Source of the DNA: a virus
Length of the DNA: 64,000 nucleotides
Virus record (IMG/VR): IMGVR_UViG_3300046457_000118
Coordinates: 12,359 to 76,358 of that record
Direction: 5' to 3' (one strand)
The position numbers and the translations under genes are program-made. A model generated the notes under the pieces. That model worked only from the letters and a program-made list of their open reading frames with translations, did no database searches and was not told the DNA's origin. This document shows, one piece after another, positions 17,889 to 28,900 of the stretch. Position 1 is the stretch's first letter; every line of letters begins with the position of its first letter.

Positions 17889-20329
17889 GTGAGCAGAAAG
17901 ATTTTGTGACACATGCCGTCATTGGCGGCGGTCAGACCATCGACTTCGGGATTTCCAACAGTGCCGAGTTCTTCAACATCCTGTCCTCGACCTTGTACAA
18001 GGATCAAATTCTGGCAGTGGTACGTGAAGTGCTCTGCAATGCGTGGGATGCCCATATCGAAGCTGGCTGCACCGACAAGCCAGTTGAAATCACTTTGACT
18101 GACGACAAATTCGTCATCAAGGATTTCGGCAAGGGTATCCACCGGGATGACATGGGCCTGATCTACGGCACCTATGGTAACTCGACCAAGAAGAACGATG
18201 GCAAGCAGACGGGTGGCTTCGGCCTTGGCTGCAAGGCACCGTTTGCGTACACCGATCACTTCGAGGTCCAATCGAACCATGATCATGTGCGTACCATCTA
18301 CAACCTGTCCAAGTCGAGTGCACAGGCTCAAGGCAAGCCAGGTATCGTACCGATTGCCAGCTTTCCATCCTTGGAGACTGGCTTGCAGGTGTCGATCCCT
18401 GTCTTGAACAGCGATGACCATCGCCGCTTCCGTCACCTGATCCGTCGCATCGTCCGTAATGGCGACATGAACATGAAGCTTAACGGTGAGCAGTTGCCTC
18501 GTCTCGGATTCGATACGAGTGCGGCCAACGTCATGATCACACTCGACGAGTCTGTCATCGACAACCAGACCCGCATCATGGTCCGGTACGGCAACGTGAT
18601 CTATCCGGTGGACAAAGCCAATGAACTGGCCAACCTGTATTCGCGGATCGTCGATCATCTGCACAAGATGAGCCACTACGACAGGAAGTACAGCATCATC
18701 TTCCAGGCACCGCCGCACTCCATCGCCGTCACGCCAAGCCGTGAATCGCTGTCGATGCAGGGACATACCACCAAGACCCTGACCACGTTATTCAGTGACT
18801 TCCTGACCATGGTGGCACAGGACTTCCCGCTTGTATGCGACGAGTTTGCCATCGCTGCGGTGGACGAAGCGGTCAAGGAAGAACGCATCGACAACCTGCT
18901 TGATCCGGAGGGACGCTTACCCATCAAGAAGGCTAATGCCTTCGTGCCATCGCGTATCACCGATCTGATCACGATGGCTCGTCGCTTCATGGAGACGAAC
19001 TACCCGCAGGATATCCAGTTTCGCAAGCGTGACATCGCCTACCGGCTGAAGGAGATGGTCAAGGCCAAGCAACTGGATCGTGGCTTGGTGCAGACCTATC
19101 TGCGTGCACTGGATACGGTGGCCGGTCATGGCACTTACAACCGTCAAAGCAGCGACTGGTTGCAGAAGCATGTGATAGGTCGTCTGGCAGGCAAGCTGAT
19201 CAAGTCCGGCCTGCTGGTAGACAAGTTGTACGTGTTCGATCCGGAAGACCAGAATGCTCCACGAGGCTACAACCGTGGCAAGGCAGAAGTTCCGATTGTC
19301 CATGCAAGCAAAGTCTGTCCACAGCATCTGTTCAATACCTTGCCTTACCTGCGCAACATCGTGGTGCTGGCGACCTCTACCCATAACTTGGGGGAACGCT
19401 GCAAGAAACATGATGTCTTCAAGAAGCTGGGTGCTTCCACTGGCTTCGTGTTCTACCATGTCGGCCTGAAGAAATCGGACCGGGAACAGGCAGTCGCCTT
19501 CTTCCAAACCACAGGCATGCAAGTGGTGGACCTGACCTTCAAGCAAGAGTGGGAGATCGAGAAGTACAACGGTGTGCCTGTGACGCTGGCACCTCGCAAA
19601 AAGGCCAAGAAAGGTGTGGCTTGCCTAACCAGTGTCCTAGCGGATAAAGGCTCGATTTACCTGTCGAACTTCATGGAAGAGGATGCTGCCCGCATCGAGA
19701 ATCCCGAGTTCATGGTCGAGGTATCGCTGCGTAATGACGTGTCCAAGCACTCATTGGGTTACGACTGGAATGGTGTGGCTTCACGCTATGTCGTTGACCT
19801 GTTCGGTGACAAGGGCGGCATCACAAACAACTCGGCCATCATGGAGAAGTGGCTGGCTACCGGTGCCAAGAAGATGATCGACTACGTGCAGGAGAAGGTT
19901 TGCCTGTACATGACAACCAGTCCCACGATCCAAGAGTACTGGCAGTACAACTTTGATCGGGTGCAGGCGATTGATGGCATGAGCTACTCAAGTCTGCATG
20001 GCACGATCTATGGCAATAAAAAGTTGCGTGCTGAGTACGGGCTGGTGGACAACCTGACCGAAGAAGACAAGAAGTACATGTGCCTGTGGGACGTGCTAGT
20101 GAACAAGCACTATCGGTACTCCACCACACCTGCGGAAGTACTCAAGGTCAAGGAACACTTGAAGAACATCCCCATTCATCAGGCCAACCTTGATCTGGTA
20201 AAGAAGTTCAAAGGCAACAGACTACTTAATGTGATCAATGATCATGGTTTGTCCAGCATCATCAACAAAGGTAGCCCTACCGAAGCAGAGGAAGCCATCG
20301 CCCTGCTCAATCGCATCCTCAACAAATAA
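17879..20329 (+). CDS. rIIA: rIIA-like protein
   Basis: GHKL motifs REVLCNAWDA, DFGKGI, GGFGLGCK; adjacent to rIIB. Confidence 0.9.
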   Translation: MQVSEQKDFVTHAVIGGGQTIDFGISNSAEFFNILSSTLYKDQILAVVREVLCNAWDAHIEAGCTDKPVEITLTDDKFVIKDFGKGIHRDDMGLIYGTYGNSTKKNDGKQTGGFGLGCKAPFAYTDHFEVQSNHDHVRTIYNLSKSSAQAQGKPGIVPIASFPSLETGLQVSIPVLNSDDHRRFRHLIRRIVRNGDMNMKLNGEQLPRLGFDTSAANVMITLDESVIDNQTRIMVRYGNVIYPVDKANELANLYSRIVDHLHKMSHYDRKYSIIFQAPPHSIAVTPSRESLSMQGHTTKTLTTLFSDFLTMVAQDFPLVCDEFAIAAVDEAVKEERIDNLLDPEGRLPIKKANAFVPSRITDLITMARRFMETNYPQDIQFRKRDIAYRLKEMVKAKQLDRGLVQTYLRALDTVAGHGTYNRQSSDWLQKHVIGRLAGKLIKSGLLVDKLYVFDPEDQNAPRGYNRGKAEVPIVHASKVCPQHLFNTLPYLRNIVVLATSTHNLGERCKKHDVFKKLGASTGFVFYHVGLKKSDREQAVAFFQTTGMQVVDLTFKQEWEIEKYNGVPVTLAPRKKAKKGVACLTSVLADKGSIYLSNFMEEDAARIENPEFMVEVSLRNDVSKHSLGYDWNGVASRYVVDLFGDKGGITNNSAIMEKWLATGAKKMIDYVQEKVCLYMTTSPTIQEYWQYNFDRVQAIDGMSYSSLHGTIYGNKKLRAEYGLVDNLTEEDKKYMCLWDVLVNKHYRYSTTPAEVLKVKEHLKNIPIHQANLDLVKKFKGNRLLNVINDHGLSSIINKGSPTEAEEAIALLNRILNK

Positions 20330-20338
20330 AGGAAACCA

Positions 20339-22207
20339 ATGAATACCATTCGCATCGTGGCGGCTGTCGTCGATACCCGGCAGCTCACCATCTACAAGGA
20401 AGACGGTAGCACCATGCTGATCCCGCAAGGCGATCCGCGTCTGCGTCGTATCCTCGAAGTCGCTACCCCGCAGTTGCAGTCGCAGGGATGGGCCGACGTG
20501 GAAATCTCGGAAGTGGCAGAGAACAGCTATGCCGACTTTCAAGAACAGTCGAAGGGCATCCGCTTTTTTCGTGTGGCGAAGGAACGACTCAAAAAGCTGC
20601 TCAAGCTGGAAGATACTCCCAACAACGGTCACGTTGAATCGCAGGTGGTAGGTTCGGTGCCTAAGCCCCCGTCGCCTGCCGCCACTGTCCAACCGGCTAC
20701 GCCGGTCGGCGTGGCTACGGCTCCGGTGGCTACAGAGGATGATGACACTGTACCGGTACTGACGGATGTGTTGGTGCAGGGTACCGATGATCAGGAAGAG
20801 ACCTTCGAGCCAGTCGAACAGGTACCGGAAACCAAGGTCGAACAGACCATGAGTGCCATCGACGAAATTATCGCCCATGCTGTGCCGGTCACGGACCCGA
20901 ACTTCCATGAGCGGGACATCGTGAAGCAGCGTCCGATGGCAATCGGCGGCTCGACCTCGAATGATCACCCGAACGACTCGGCAGAAGACACCATCATCGC
21001 CGTGGTCAACGACAAGGTGATCCCCGGTGTCGAACTGATCAAGTCGCAGTTCGGTCGTGCGGCCAAGATGGGTTCGACCAAAGGCGTTGAGCGTTTCCTC
21101 GAACGTCTTGCCGGTGTCATCGAGTCGCGGTCGCACTCGGTCGAAGACCTGCTGAAGTTCATGGAACGTGCGGACCTGCCCATCGCTGACGACGGCTCGA
21201 TTATCATCTACAAGGTACTGCGTCGTTTCGGCGACAAGTACGTGGACTGCCACACCGGCAACGTCCAGCAGTGGGTGGGTGCCTACGTCTGCATGGACCC
21301 TTCGCTGGTGGACCGCAACCGCAACAACGAGTGCAGCAATGGCCTGCACGTCGCTCGCCGTGGTTACATCAGTGGCTTCAGCGGTAACGTCTGCGTGCTC
21401 GCCAAGCTCGCGCCGGAAGACGTGATCACGGTCCCGACCTACGACGCCAACAAGATGCGTGTCTGCGGATACCACATCCTGAAGGAACTGCCGGATGGCC
21501 TGTACTCGCTGCTGAAGTCCAACCGTGCCATCACGCAGACGGACGATGGCAAGCGTATCCTCGCTGATGCCATCAGTGGCAACCACGTCCGGAAGACGCA
21601 TGAGGTCCGCATCACCGGTAGCAGGGGTGCGGGTGTCATCGTCAAGGACATCCCGAAGGATGAGGAACCGGCTCCGATCCTGACACCGGAAGCTCCGGCA
21701 GAAGTGGAAGCCATCCCGGATGATCACAGCACGGCTGACAAGCCTGTCGTACCGGCTGAAGTCGAGCAGGTGGCACAGGCTACCCTGACCCGTAAGGAGC
21801 AGGCACAGAAGCTGTACGATCTGTGGCAGCAGGCCAGTACGGAGGCCGAGAAGTCCACGGCTCTGGATGCACTGGTGCTGTTCAAGAAAGCGGCCAAGGT
21901 AGGCTGGGATCGTCTCGGTATTCCTGATCCGACTGCAACTGGAGCCATTGCACCACAAGGTACACCAGCCAAGATAAAGCTGACTACCGCAGCCAAGCAG
22001 ACTGCTCCGGTCAAGCAGGCTCTGCCTGCTGCGTCGGAAGGCTCCCCTCGTGAGCGTATCGCCAAGCTGATGGAGATCGGTCTGGACTCCGCTGGCGTGG
22101 CCCAGAAGGTCTACGACATCAAGAAGGCGTCGAAGAAAAGCTGGGAAGTCCTTGGCTTGACAGGAGAACAGTCGGCCAAGGTGCTCAAGGCTATCGGAAA
22201 GGAGTAA
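20339..22207 (+). CDS. rIIB: rIIB-like protein
   Basis: DLPIADDGSIIIYK, VDCHTG, CSNGLHV, KMRVCGY. Confidence 0.9.
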   Translation: MNTIRIVAAVVDTRQLTIYKEDGSTMLIPQGDPRLRRILEVATPQLQSQGWADVEISEVAENSYADFQEQSKGIRFFRVAKERLKKLLKLEDTPNNGHVESQVVGSVPKPPSPAATVQPATPVGVATAPVATEDDDTVPVLTDVLVQGTDDQEETFEPVEQVPETKVEQTMSAIDEIIAHAVPVTDPNFHERDIVKQRPMAIGGSTSNDHPNDSAEDTIIAVVNDKVIPGVELIKSQFGRAAKMGSTKGVERFLERLAGVIESRSHSVEDLLKFMERADLPIADDGSIIIYKVLRRFGDKYVDCHTGNVQQWVGAYVCMDPSLVDRNRNNECSNGLHVARRGYISGFSGNVCVLAKLAPEDVITVPTYDANKMRVCGYHILKELPDGLYSLLKSNRAITQTDDGKRILADAISGNHVRKTHEVRITGSRGAGVIVKDIPKDEEPAPILTPEAPAEVEAIPDDHSTADKPVVPAEVEQVAQATLTRKEQAQKLYDLWQQASTEAEKSTALDALVLFKKAAKVGWDRLGIPDPTATGAIAPQGTPAKIKLTTAAKQTAPVKQALPAASEGSPRERIAKLMEIGLDSAGVAQKVYDIKKASKKSWEVLGLTGEQSAKVLKAIGKE

Positions 22208-22210
22208 TCC

Positions 22211-22480
22211 ATGAGCGACTTCAACACCAAGGTGCAAGGCATACCTTGTGTGTGCCGAGTCACCCACTACCGGCCTGCTGTACCGGGCCGGATCAGTGGT
22301 CCACCGGAAGACTGCTATCCGGACGAGCCTTCAGAGTTCGAGTTTGAACTCCTGAACACCAGTGGCAAGGGTGCACCGATGTTCTGGCTTCAGAAGAAGG
22401 TGACCGACGAAGACGAAGCCAGATTGCAAGATGAGTACGAAGCCCATGTCACTGCCATCAAGCATGGGATGGACTTCTGA
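22211..22480 (+). CDS. Hypothetical protein
   Basis: AAGGAG RBS; GPPEDCYPDEP motif. Confidence 0.75.
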   Translation: MSDFNTKVQGIPCVCRVTHYRPAVPGRISGPPEDCYPDEPSEFEFELLNTSGKGAPMFWLQKKVTDEDEARLQDEYEAHVTAIKHGMDF

Positions 22481-22635
22481 TGGAACCTTACGATCCCATC
22501 TACTTCGACTTGGTTAAACAGGAAGGCAAGCTGTCACCTGAATTGGAAAGGCTTTACCAGTCCCTGAAGGCCATGACCGAATCGAAACCTGAACCGTATC
22601 GGCATCCGTTCCTGAACGGTGAAACTCAAGAGTAA
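22480..22635 (+). CDS. Hypothetical protein (51 aa)
   Basis: TGATG overlap. Confidence 0.5.
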   Translation: MEPYDPIYFDLVKQEGKLSPELERLYQSLKAMTESKPEPYRHPFLNGETQE

Positions 22636-22688
22636 TCAATCCCGCTCCCTCGGCAACGAGGGGGCATCATCCCCCCAAAGAGGAAACC

Positions 22689-24005
22689 ATGAAACAACAG
22701 AAGACGTATTTCGCGTGGATCAACGACCATTCCGGTTCGATGCAGGACATTGCCCAAGCGGCCCTGAAGGACTTCAACGCGAACATTGAAGCAGTCGTGC
22801 AAGCCACCAGTGACAAGAAGTTGGACGCCATCGTGTCCGTGATTCGTCTGGGCATCGGTGATTCGGGGCGTGGTGTCGAGCGCACCATCGTGAACTCGAA
22901 TCCCCATGTCCTGAAGCCGATGGAGGACTGGCCAACGCCGGGTGGTACACCGCTGTATGATGCCATCGGCAATGCCATCGAACTGGGTGAATCCCTGCCG
23001 GATGCCAAGGAAGACCATGTGTCCTTCCTGATCACCATCACCACGGACGGAGATGAACTGCATTCGCAAAAGTACAACGGCTTCACGATCAAGAAGCGGA
23101 TCAAGGAAATGCAGGATACCGGTCGCTGGACCTTCGTGTTCCGTGTCCCGGCATCGTGTGTCGATGCAGTCAAAGACCTTGGCGTCCCGTTGGACAACAT
23201 CCAGGCGTGGGATGTCAGTGAGAAGGGCATGGCCCAATCGACCGCTGCAACCGCAGCCGCCATCGATTCCTACGTCACCACCCGTGCATCCGGCAAGAAG
23301 GCGACTGGCGGCTTTTTCGCCAATGCCACCAACGTCAACCTCGCCCAACTGGACGATGTATCGGCCCAGTACAAGCTGTACGTGGTGCCGGATGTCGATG
23401 CCGATGACGGCATGATGATCAGTGCCTTCATGCTGCGTCATCGCATGCAGTACCTGAAAGGTGCAGCCTTCTACCAACTGGTGAAGACCGAATCGAAGGT
23501 CGGTCCGGACAAGGCGATCCTGATCCAAGAGCGCACCACCGGCAAGGTGTACGGTGGCCAGCAGGCACGTGACATGCTGGGCATCCCACGCGGTCAGAAC
23601 GCACGTCTGCATCCGGGTCAGCTTACCGGCTACAACGTGTTCATCCAGTCCACTTCGTGGAACCGCAAGCTGCCCAAGGGTACTGGCGTGCTGTACAACG
23701 ACAAGCTGGGTGTGCCGTTCACGCAGGAAGAACTCGACCGCTTCACGCTGCCCGCTGCACCGAAGGTCGTTCCCTCGGCACCGGTCTCGGCTATGCTGCC
23801 GGAAGTGAACAACACCAGCGGCAAGCCGGTGAAGTCCACTATGCCGATCACGCAGCCATTGCAACCGGTGTTCTACAACACCCGTGACGATGCGCGTCGT
23901 GACAAGCAGATGAACGGTGCCGACTACATCGATCTGGGCAGCGACAAGCCAAAGGGTCAACGCTTTCAGCAGACCAAGCGTCCAAGCCACAAGCAGACGG
24001 CGTAA
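22689..24005 (+). CDS. VWA (MIDAS) domain protein with C-terminal domain of unknown function
   Basis: NDHSGSM, GGTPLYDAIG, ITTDGDE. Confidence 0.85.
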   Translation: MKQQKTYFAWINDHSGSMQDIAQAALKDFNANIEAVVQATSDKKLDAIVSVIRLGIGDSGRGVERTIVNSNPHVLKPMEDWPTPGGTPLYDAIGNAIELGESLPDAKEDHVSFLITITTDGDELHSQKYNGFTIKKRIKEMQDTGRWTFVFRVPASCVDAVKDLGVPLDNIQAWDVSEKGMAQSTAATAAAIDSYVTTRASGKKATGGFFANATNVNLAQLDDVSAQYKLYVVPDVDADDGMMISAFMLRHRMQYLKGAAFYQLVKTESKVGPDKAILIQERTTGKVYGGQQARDMLGIPRGQNARLHPGQLTGYNVFIQSTSWNRKLPKGTGVLYNDKLGVPFTQEELDRFTLPAAPKVVPSAPVSAMLPEVNNTSGKPVKSTMPITQPLQPVFYNTRDDARRDKQMNGADYIDLGSDKPKGQRFQQTKRPSHKQTA

Positions 24006-24011
24006 AAACAC

Positions 24012-24036
24012 AAAAGCCACCTCGTGGGTGGCTTCG
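24012..24036. terminator. Terminator between convergent operons
   Basis: AAGCCACC-TCGTG-GGTGGCTT with an upstream A-run (U-tract on the minus strand). Confidence 0.7.
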
Positions 24037-24117
24037 GTGTAGATAAGGATCACCTTCCTTTCGGTAGTTGATGCGTTGCTCTAAGTAAATAATATTTGCT
24101 CAGGGTACTAGCGTCAA

Positions 24118-24414
24118 CTACTTTTTTCCTGCAAGGGCGGCAGTCCGACAGATGTTGTACTGACCGCCCACTTCCACCAGCTTGCTTACCGTGGCACCGA
24201 AGGAACCGTCACTGAGCGGCGTCAGTTCCGGACACGCTGCGATCACCAACGGGTCCGGTCTTGCCGGTAAGGGCTGCGTTGATGTTGCGCAGGACTGAAG
24301 GGTCATTGACACAATCATGATAAACAGGATTGTCTCTAACGATTGTCTCCACTTGCCCTTTGATGGTCGTGTTGCGTACCACGATCTTACTGATTGCATC
24401 TGCTGCTCCTTCAT
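24118..24414 (-). CDS. o-spanin (Rz1-like lipoprotein); true start probably downstream of 24414
   Basis: Lipobox LQSC, Pro-rich, extra Cys; overlaps the i-spanin in another frame. Confidence 0.75.
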   Translation of the reverse strand: MKEQQMQSVRSWYATRPSKGKWRQSLETILFIMIVSMTLQSCATSTQPLPARPDPLVIAACPELTPLSDGSFGATVSKLVEVGGQYNICRTAALAGKK

Positions 24415-24565
24415 TCGCCATTTTGCGAGTATCTTCGATAACCTGCTTCAGTTCAGCAGCCTTGGCTTTGTCCGAAGAGGACTTGTAGTCCATGCCAAAC
24501 CAGAAAGCACCGATTACCGAAGCTATCCACAAGAACACGACGATCAACAGTTCATTGATCTTCAT
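24209..24565 (-). CDS. i-spanin (Rz-like)
   Basis: N-terminal TM helix, coiled coil, PVYHDC; follows the endolysin. Confidence 0.8.
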   Translation of the reverse strand: MKINELLIVVFLWIASVIGAFWFGMDYKSSSDKAKAAELKQVIEDTRKMANEGAADAISKIVVRNTTIKGQVETIVRDNPVYHDCVNDPSVLRNINAALTGKTGPVGDRSVSGTDAAQ

Positions 24566-25218
24566 GCCGCATCCCGTTCCAGCGTGTTCAGGGCTGTGTT
24601 GGTGGCGTACACACGTTCACTGTAGCCAACGGCATCACCGATCTTGTCGGTCATTTTGCCAAGGTTGATGATGTCGGCTACCTTGTCCATCTTGCCCAGT
24701 TCAGCCTGTACCAGTGCTCCGGACGTAGCGAAGAACCATCCAGCCGAACGCATGGCACCTTCAGGAGAACGCAGCCAATCACCGATCTTGGCAGGCTGGA
24801 TACCGAAGTAGTCAGCCGCCAGGAGTTGGTTCTTCTTGCCGGTGATCTGGAAGCCACCCGAACCACGATAACGCCAGCCATCGCCGGACTCCGGTGTGCC
24901 GTTACCCATGCGACCGGCGTACACGAAGTTCGCCAGTGCTTCCGGGTTACGGACGTAAGGCAGCGTCATGTCACGTGTCCTGAAACGACTGGGCCAGACT
25001 GCCATCAGGCGTTCCGGCGTCGTGTACATCAGGTTCTCGGCCATGCGGGATAGGGAGTTGGTTTCCACCGACATCTCGGCCAAGAAATGGGCCACAGCAC
25101 GGGTGGAACCGATCTTGAATTCGTCCAGTGCCTTGTTGATATGGGGGAGGTATTGATTGATCACTGCCGGGCCAGCACCCGACATGATCTTGCCAAGTTG
25201 GAGTGCTGAGACTTGCAT
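24562..25218 (-). CDS. Endolysin, glycoside hydrolase family 19
   Basis: AHFLAEMSVET, ENLMY, ALANFVYAGRMGNG, GDGWRYRGSGGFQITGKKN. Confidence 0.9.
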   Translation of the reverse strand: MQVSALQLGKIMSGAGPAVINQYLPHINKALDEFKIGSTRAVAHFLAEMSVETNSLSRMAENLMYTTPERLMAVWPSRFRTRDMTLPYVRNPEALANFVYAGRMGNGTPESGDGWRYRGSGGFQITGKKNQLLAADYFGIQPAKIGDWLRSPEGAMRSAGWFFATSGALVQAELGKMDKVADIINLGKMTDKIGDAVGYSERVYATNTALNTLERDAA

Positions 25219-25604
25219 CACATGGCTTCCTTGATGTCTTTGGCGATCTCGGAGATGTCCTTGTTCTGGTTCTTCTGGATGTAGTTGAAGACCCAGCGTA
25301 CCAAGGCCCATCCCGGCAAGCCAGCCGCAAAGATGATGCCGATGACTGTCATGTTGCCAGTCGCCGTGCCCATCATGGATTGCAGTTGGTAGTGCTCGAT
25401 GATGAAGGAACCACCGCAGACAGAGGCGATGACCGTGGAGATAAGGCCTACAGCCCACTCCCTTGGACTACGTGGTGTCAACATGCACATGACAACGAGG
25501 GCGGATAGGCCAGCACCGATGCCTGCCAAGCCTCCAAGTGCCTTGAAGCCAAAGACACCTGCTGCGGTGCCGGAAATAGGTTCACTCATTGCTTGATCTT
25601 TCAT
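25218..25604 (-). CDS. Holin
   Basis: Three hydrophobic segments, PRSPREWAVGLISTV, charged tail; coupled to the endolysin. Confidence 0.8.
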   Translation of the reverse strand: MKDQAMSEPISGTAAGVFGFKALGGLAGIGAGLSALVVMCMLTPRSPREWAVGLISTVIASVCGGSFIIEHYQLQSMMGTATGNMTVIGIIFAAGLPGWALVRWVFNYIQKNQNKDISEIAKDIKEAM

Positions 25605-25869
25605 GGTGGGTCGCCAGTGGTTGTGGATGGTGGGTACACCCGGTGAAGCACTTCACGAGATAGTCCCGTTTCATGCTCCACCGATCCCTTCTGGCGAAAG
25701 GAGGACCAGCCATTGCAGCCGGTCATTTGGTGTATCTGCCGTGGTGGGCAGAGGGACAAGTGAACTAAAGCACATACAAATGCCTTCCGAGTGGTGTAGA
25801 AGGCATTTTACCCTGCCTGAGAGCAATAATTAACTCTCAGAATCATTTTGTTCAGGATTTTTGCACATA

Positions 25870-25894
25870 AAAAAGGAGCCCGAAGGCTCCTTTT
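25870..25894 (-). terminator. Intrinsic terminator after the tail-fibre gene
   Basis: Minus strand AAAAGGAGCC-TTCG-GGCTCCTTTTTT. Confidence 0.85.
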
Positions 25895-25911
25895 GTCAGG
25901 CTGCTAATGGA

Positions 25912-28900
25912 TCAATGTGGTACTTGGTCCAAGTCGGTACGTACCGATGGCGTAGCCGTCGATCCGGTAGCCGGGAAGGCTACCAAGGTCGGGTCCACAT
26001 CGACCGTCTGCGGCTGCGGTTGCTGGGCATCCGGGAAGATCGTGTTGCCTGCCATCGAGTCGGTCGTGCCCTTCTTGGGAGTGATACCACGCACAGTCTG
26101 ATCCCAGCCTTCCGGACCAATCGTGCCACCCCGCGTGTAGTACAACTCGAATGGCGTGACCATCACACACTTGGCCGAGCCGATGAATACGCAGTCCACG
26201 AACTTCACGACAGCAGTGCCACCACCTGCCTGAATGACCCACGTTTCGCTGAAGTTACCTCCTTGGCTGTTGTCGAGCACACAGTTACGGAAGATGTACT
26301 CCTGTTCGGCCTGGAGGTTACCCTCCTGTCCGATACCGATCATGTTGCCCTGCGTTGTACCAGGCTTCTTGCGAATGATGGTATTCACCACATGGATGAC
26401 ACCACCGTTCGGCACATCGAGTTCACGAGAATTCATGGCACCTTCAAGATGGCAGCGATCCAGCAACACGAAGTTGGCACGGGTCTTGAAGTCGTGGCCT
26501 TCTACCGCATTGATGTACTGGTTACGCAGGCCATGGTAGCGAGCACCGTGATTCAGGTAGATGTTGTGGGTCTGTCCCTTCTCGGCAGTCTGGTAGGCGA
26601 TGCCATTACCATCGAACACGCAGTCGATGTGCTCGATGTTGAACTGACCTACCGGAGCCGTATCGGCAGGCTGGACCACACCGCACAACTGGCCATTGTT
26701 GCAGTTCGTGGTTTTTACACGCTGCATGACCAGCTTCTGGACACCACCGTTGTAACGCACACCCGAGATGGTTTCGTCCACATCATTGACGGCACCATCA
26801 AACCACAGGTCACGGATAGTGACATTGCCAGCTTCAATGTTGAGCAGACCCTTGCCCCATGCCGCACGAATCGTCTTGTCCATGTGCAGCTTGGGGATGG
26901 AACCCAGTTCAGGGGCACCAGCAATCGTGTAGGTACCGGGCTTTGTCAAGGCTGCGATAACCTCACCCATCTGACCGTCACGAGTCACGTACAGCGTCTG
27001 GCCATCTTGCAAAGCCGTGTAACCAGCGGCCATGGTTTCGTAGGTAGCCAAGCCAATCCGCACCAGTCCGGACACGGTATAGGTACCGACATCTGCATGG
27101 CAGAAGAAGAATCCAATTGAACTGTAGACGCCATCCATGTAGGAGATCATGTTGGGCGACGTGCTGAACACAGGTGCCGCATTGTTCTGGAAGCGGTACT
27201 TCTTGTCCAACGTGATCGTACGACCACCCGAGATATCCTGCTGAAACAGGAAGCTGTAAGTGGTACCGGGCACAGGATTCTTGACCGGTGGCAGCGTCAG
27301 ATTCGCATCCAGCTTGACAAGGAACAGATTGCCCAACGTACCGTCGATACGGTCAAGCTGTGCCTGCGTCGTGTTCTGGATGATGACCTCACCCATGACA
27401 CCACTACCACCCGATCCACCACCACCACCCGAGGAAGCCAAGGTATCCAGTGCGGTCGCCACGGTACCTGTACGGTGACCCACCAAGGTGGAGCCGTTCG
27501 GTCCTGCCAGTGCATCGAACTTGGCATCGATCGCTGCCTTTGCTGCCAGCACCTGTCCTTTGGCTTCAAGGATTTGCGCCAGAATGGCTTGATCGACTGG
27601 TACCGTCGTGGAGATAGAATCCACCACGATGTCCTGCAAGCGCACCACCGTAGGCTGGTCCACATCCGGCACATAGAACAGGTACACCAAGCCAGCTTCA
27701 GATACCGGGTCTTCCATGATCGCGTAGTACGGCGTATCGCAAGAGACCAGTTCCAGAATCTGCTTGCCATTGGCATCCGTCATACCTTCGATCAGGCGCG
27801 GCATCATCACACCATCAACCTGATTCGTGAAGTCCGCTGCCTTGAGTTGCACCTCGAATCGGCTGTTGGCGATAGGGATATTCTCAGGCGTAATGAAGTG
27901 GAACTCTACCAGCGTACCTTCACCTGTCGTCGGCTGTGGATCAGGCAGAGGATTGGTAACCACCTGCGCTGCCACACTGAAGGTAATGGTGGCCGATTTG
28001 GTCGGGTCCGCTACACTGGTAGCGGTGATCGATCCTTGCTGTACTGCCGAAGTGGCCACGGGTGCAGTCAGGACACCACCGGCCGTGATGTTGCCCAGCG
28101 TGGTAACCCAGGTGACTGCCTGACTTGGGTTATTCGTGCCCTGTACGAAAGCCGTCAGGTTATATTGGGCACCGCCCTGCAATACCGAACTAAACGATGC
28201 CAGTGTGACACCGGTAACGGTTGGCTGTTGCGGCTCAGGATCAGGAATCACCACCACGAGGGCAGCAATCGTCACCGTGGCCGTACCGAACTTGGTCGAG
28301 TCGATCAGGCTTGCAGCCTTGATGGTTACCGTCTGAATCACATCAGTCGGTGCCGGTGGCGTGAACACGCCTGCACTGGTGATGGTCCCTGCCGTCGTAG
28401 TCCAGCGTACTCCTTGGCTTGGGTTGTTGTCACCATTCACCACCGCAGCGAACGTGGCAGCGCCTGTCGCCGTGGAAGGGCTGACCGTCACACCCGTGAT
28501 GGTAGCAATCGGTACCGGGTCGGTCACTGGCGACTGAGGATAGCCCGTGATACCGAGGATGGTCACGGCACTGGCACCGGCCTGTGGCAGACTGGTACCG
28601 TCTGCATTGGTGAAGGTCAGGATACCCGCGTCATAGTTGCCCGGTCCCAGATAGACCGAGGCCGTGAACGTATTGGGCGTGACGAGCTTGTTGATCGTCA
28701 AGTCCAGACTCTGGGCAATGGCGCCGTTCGGATTGGCGGTTAGTGCCGGGATGACCAGCGTACCGGAATCTGCATTGGCACAGGTACCGTGCAACGTATA
28801 GACCTGACCGCTGATCGGGTCTTGCACCACACTCAGGGCACGACCACCCACGATCTCGCAGCCACCGACATCATTGATGGTTTGCGTGTTGTAGGCAGCG

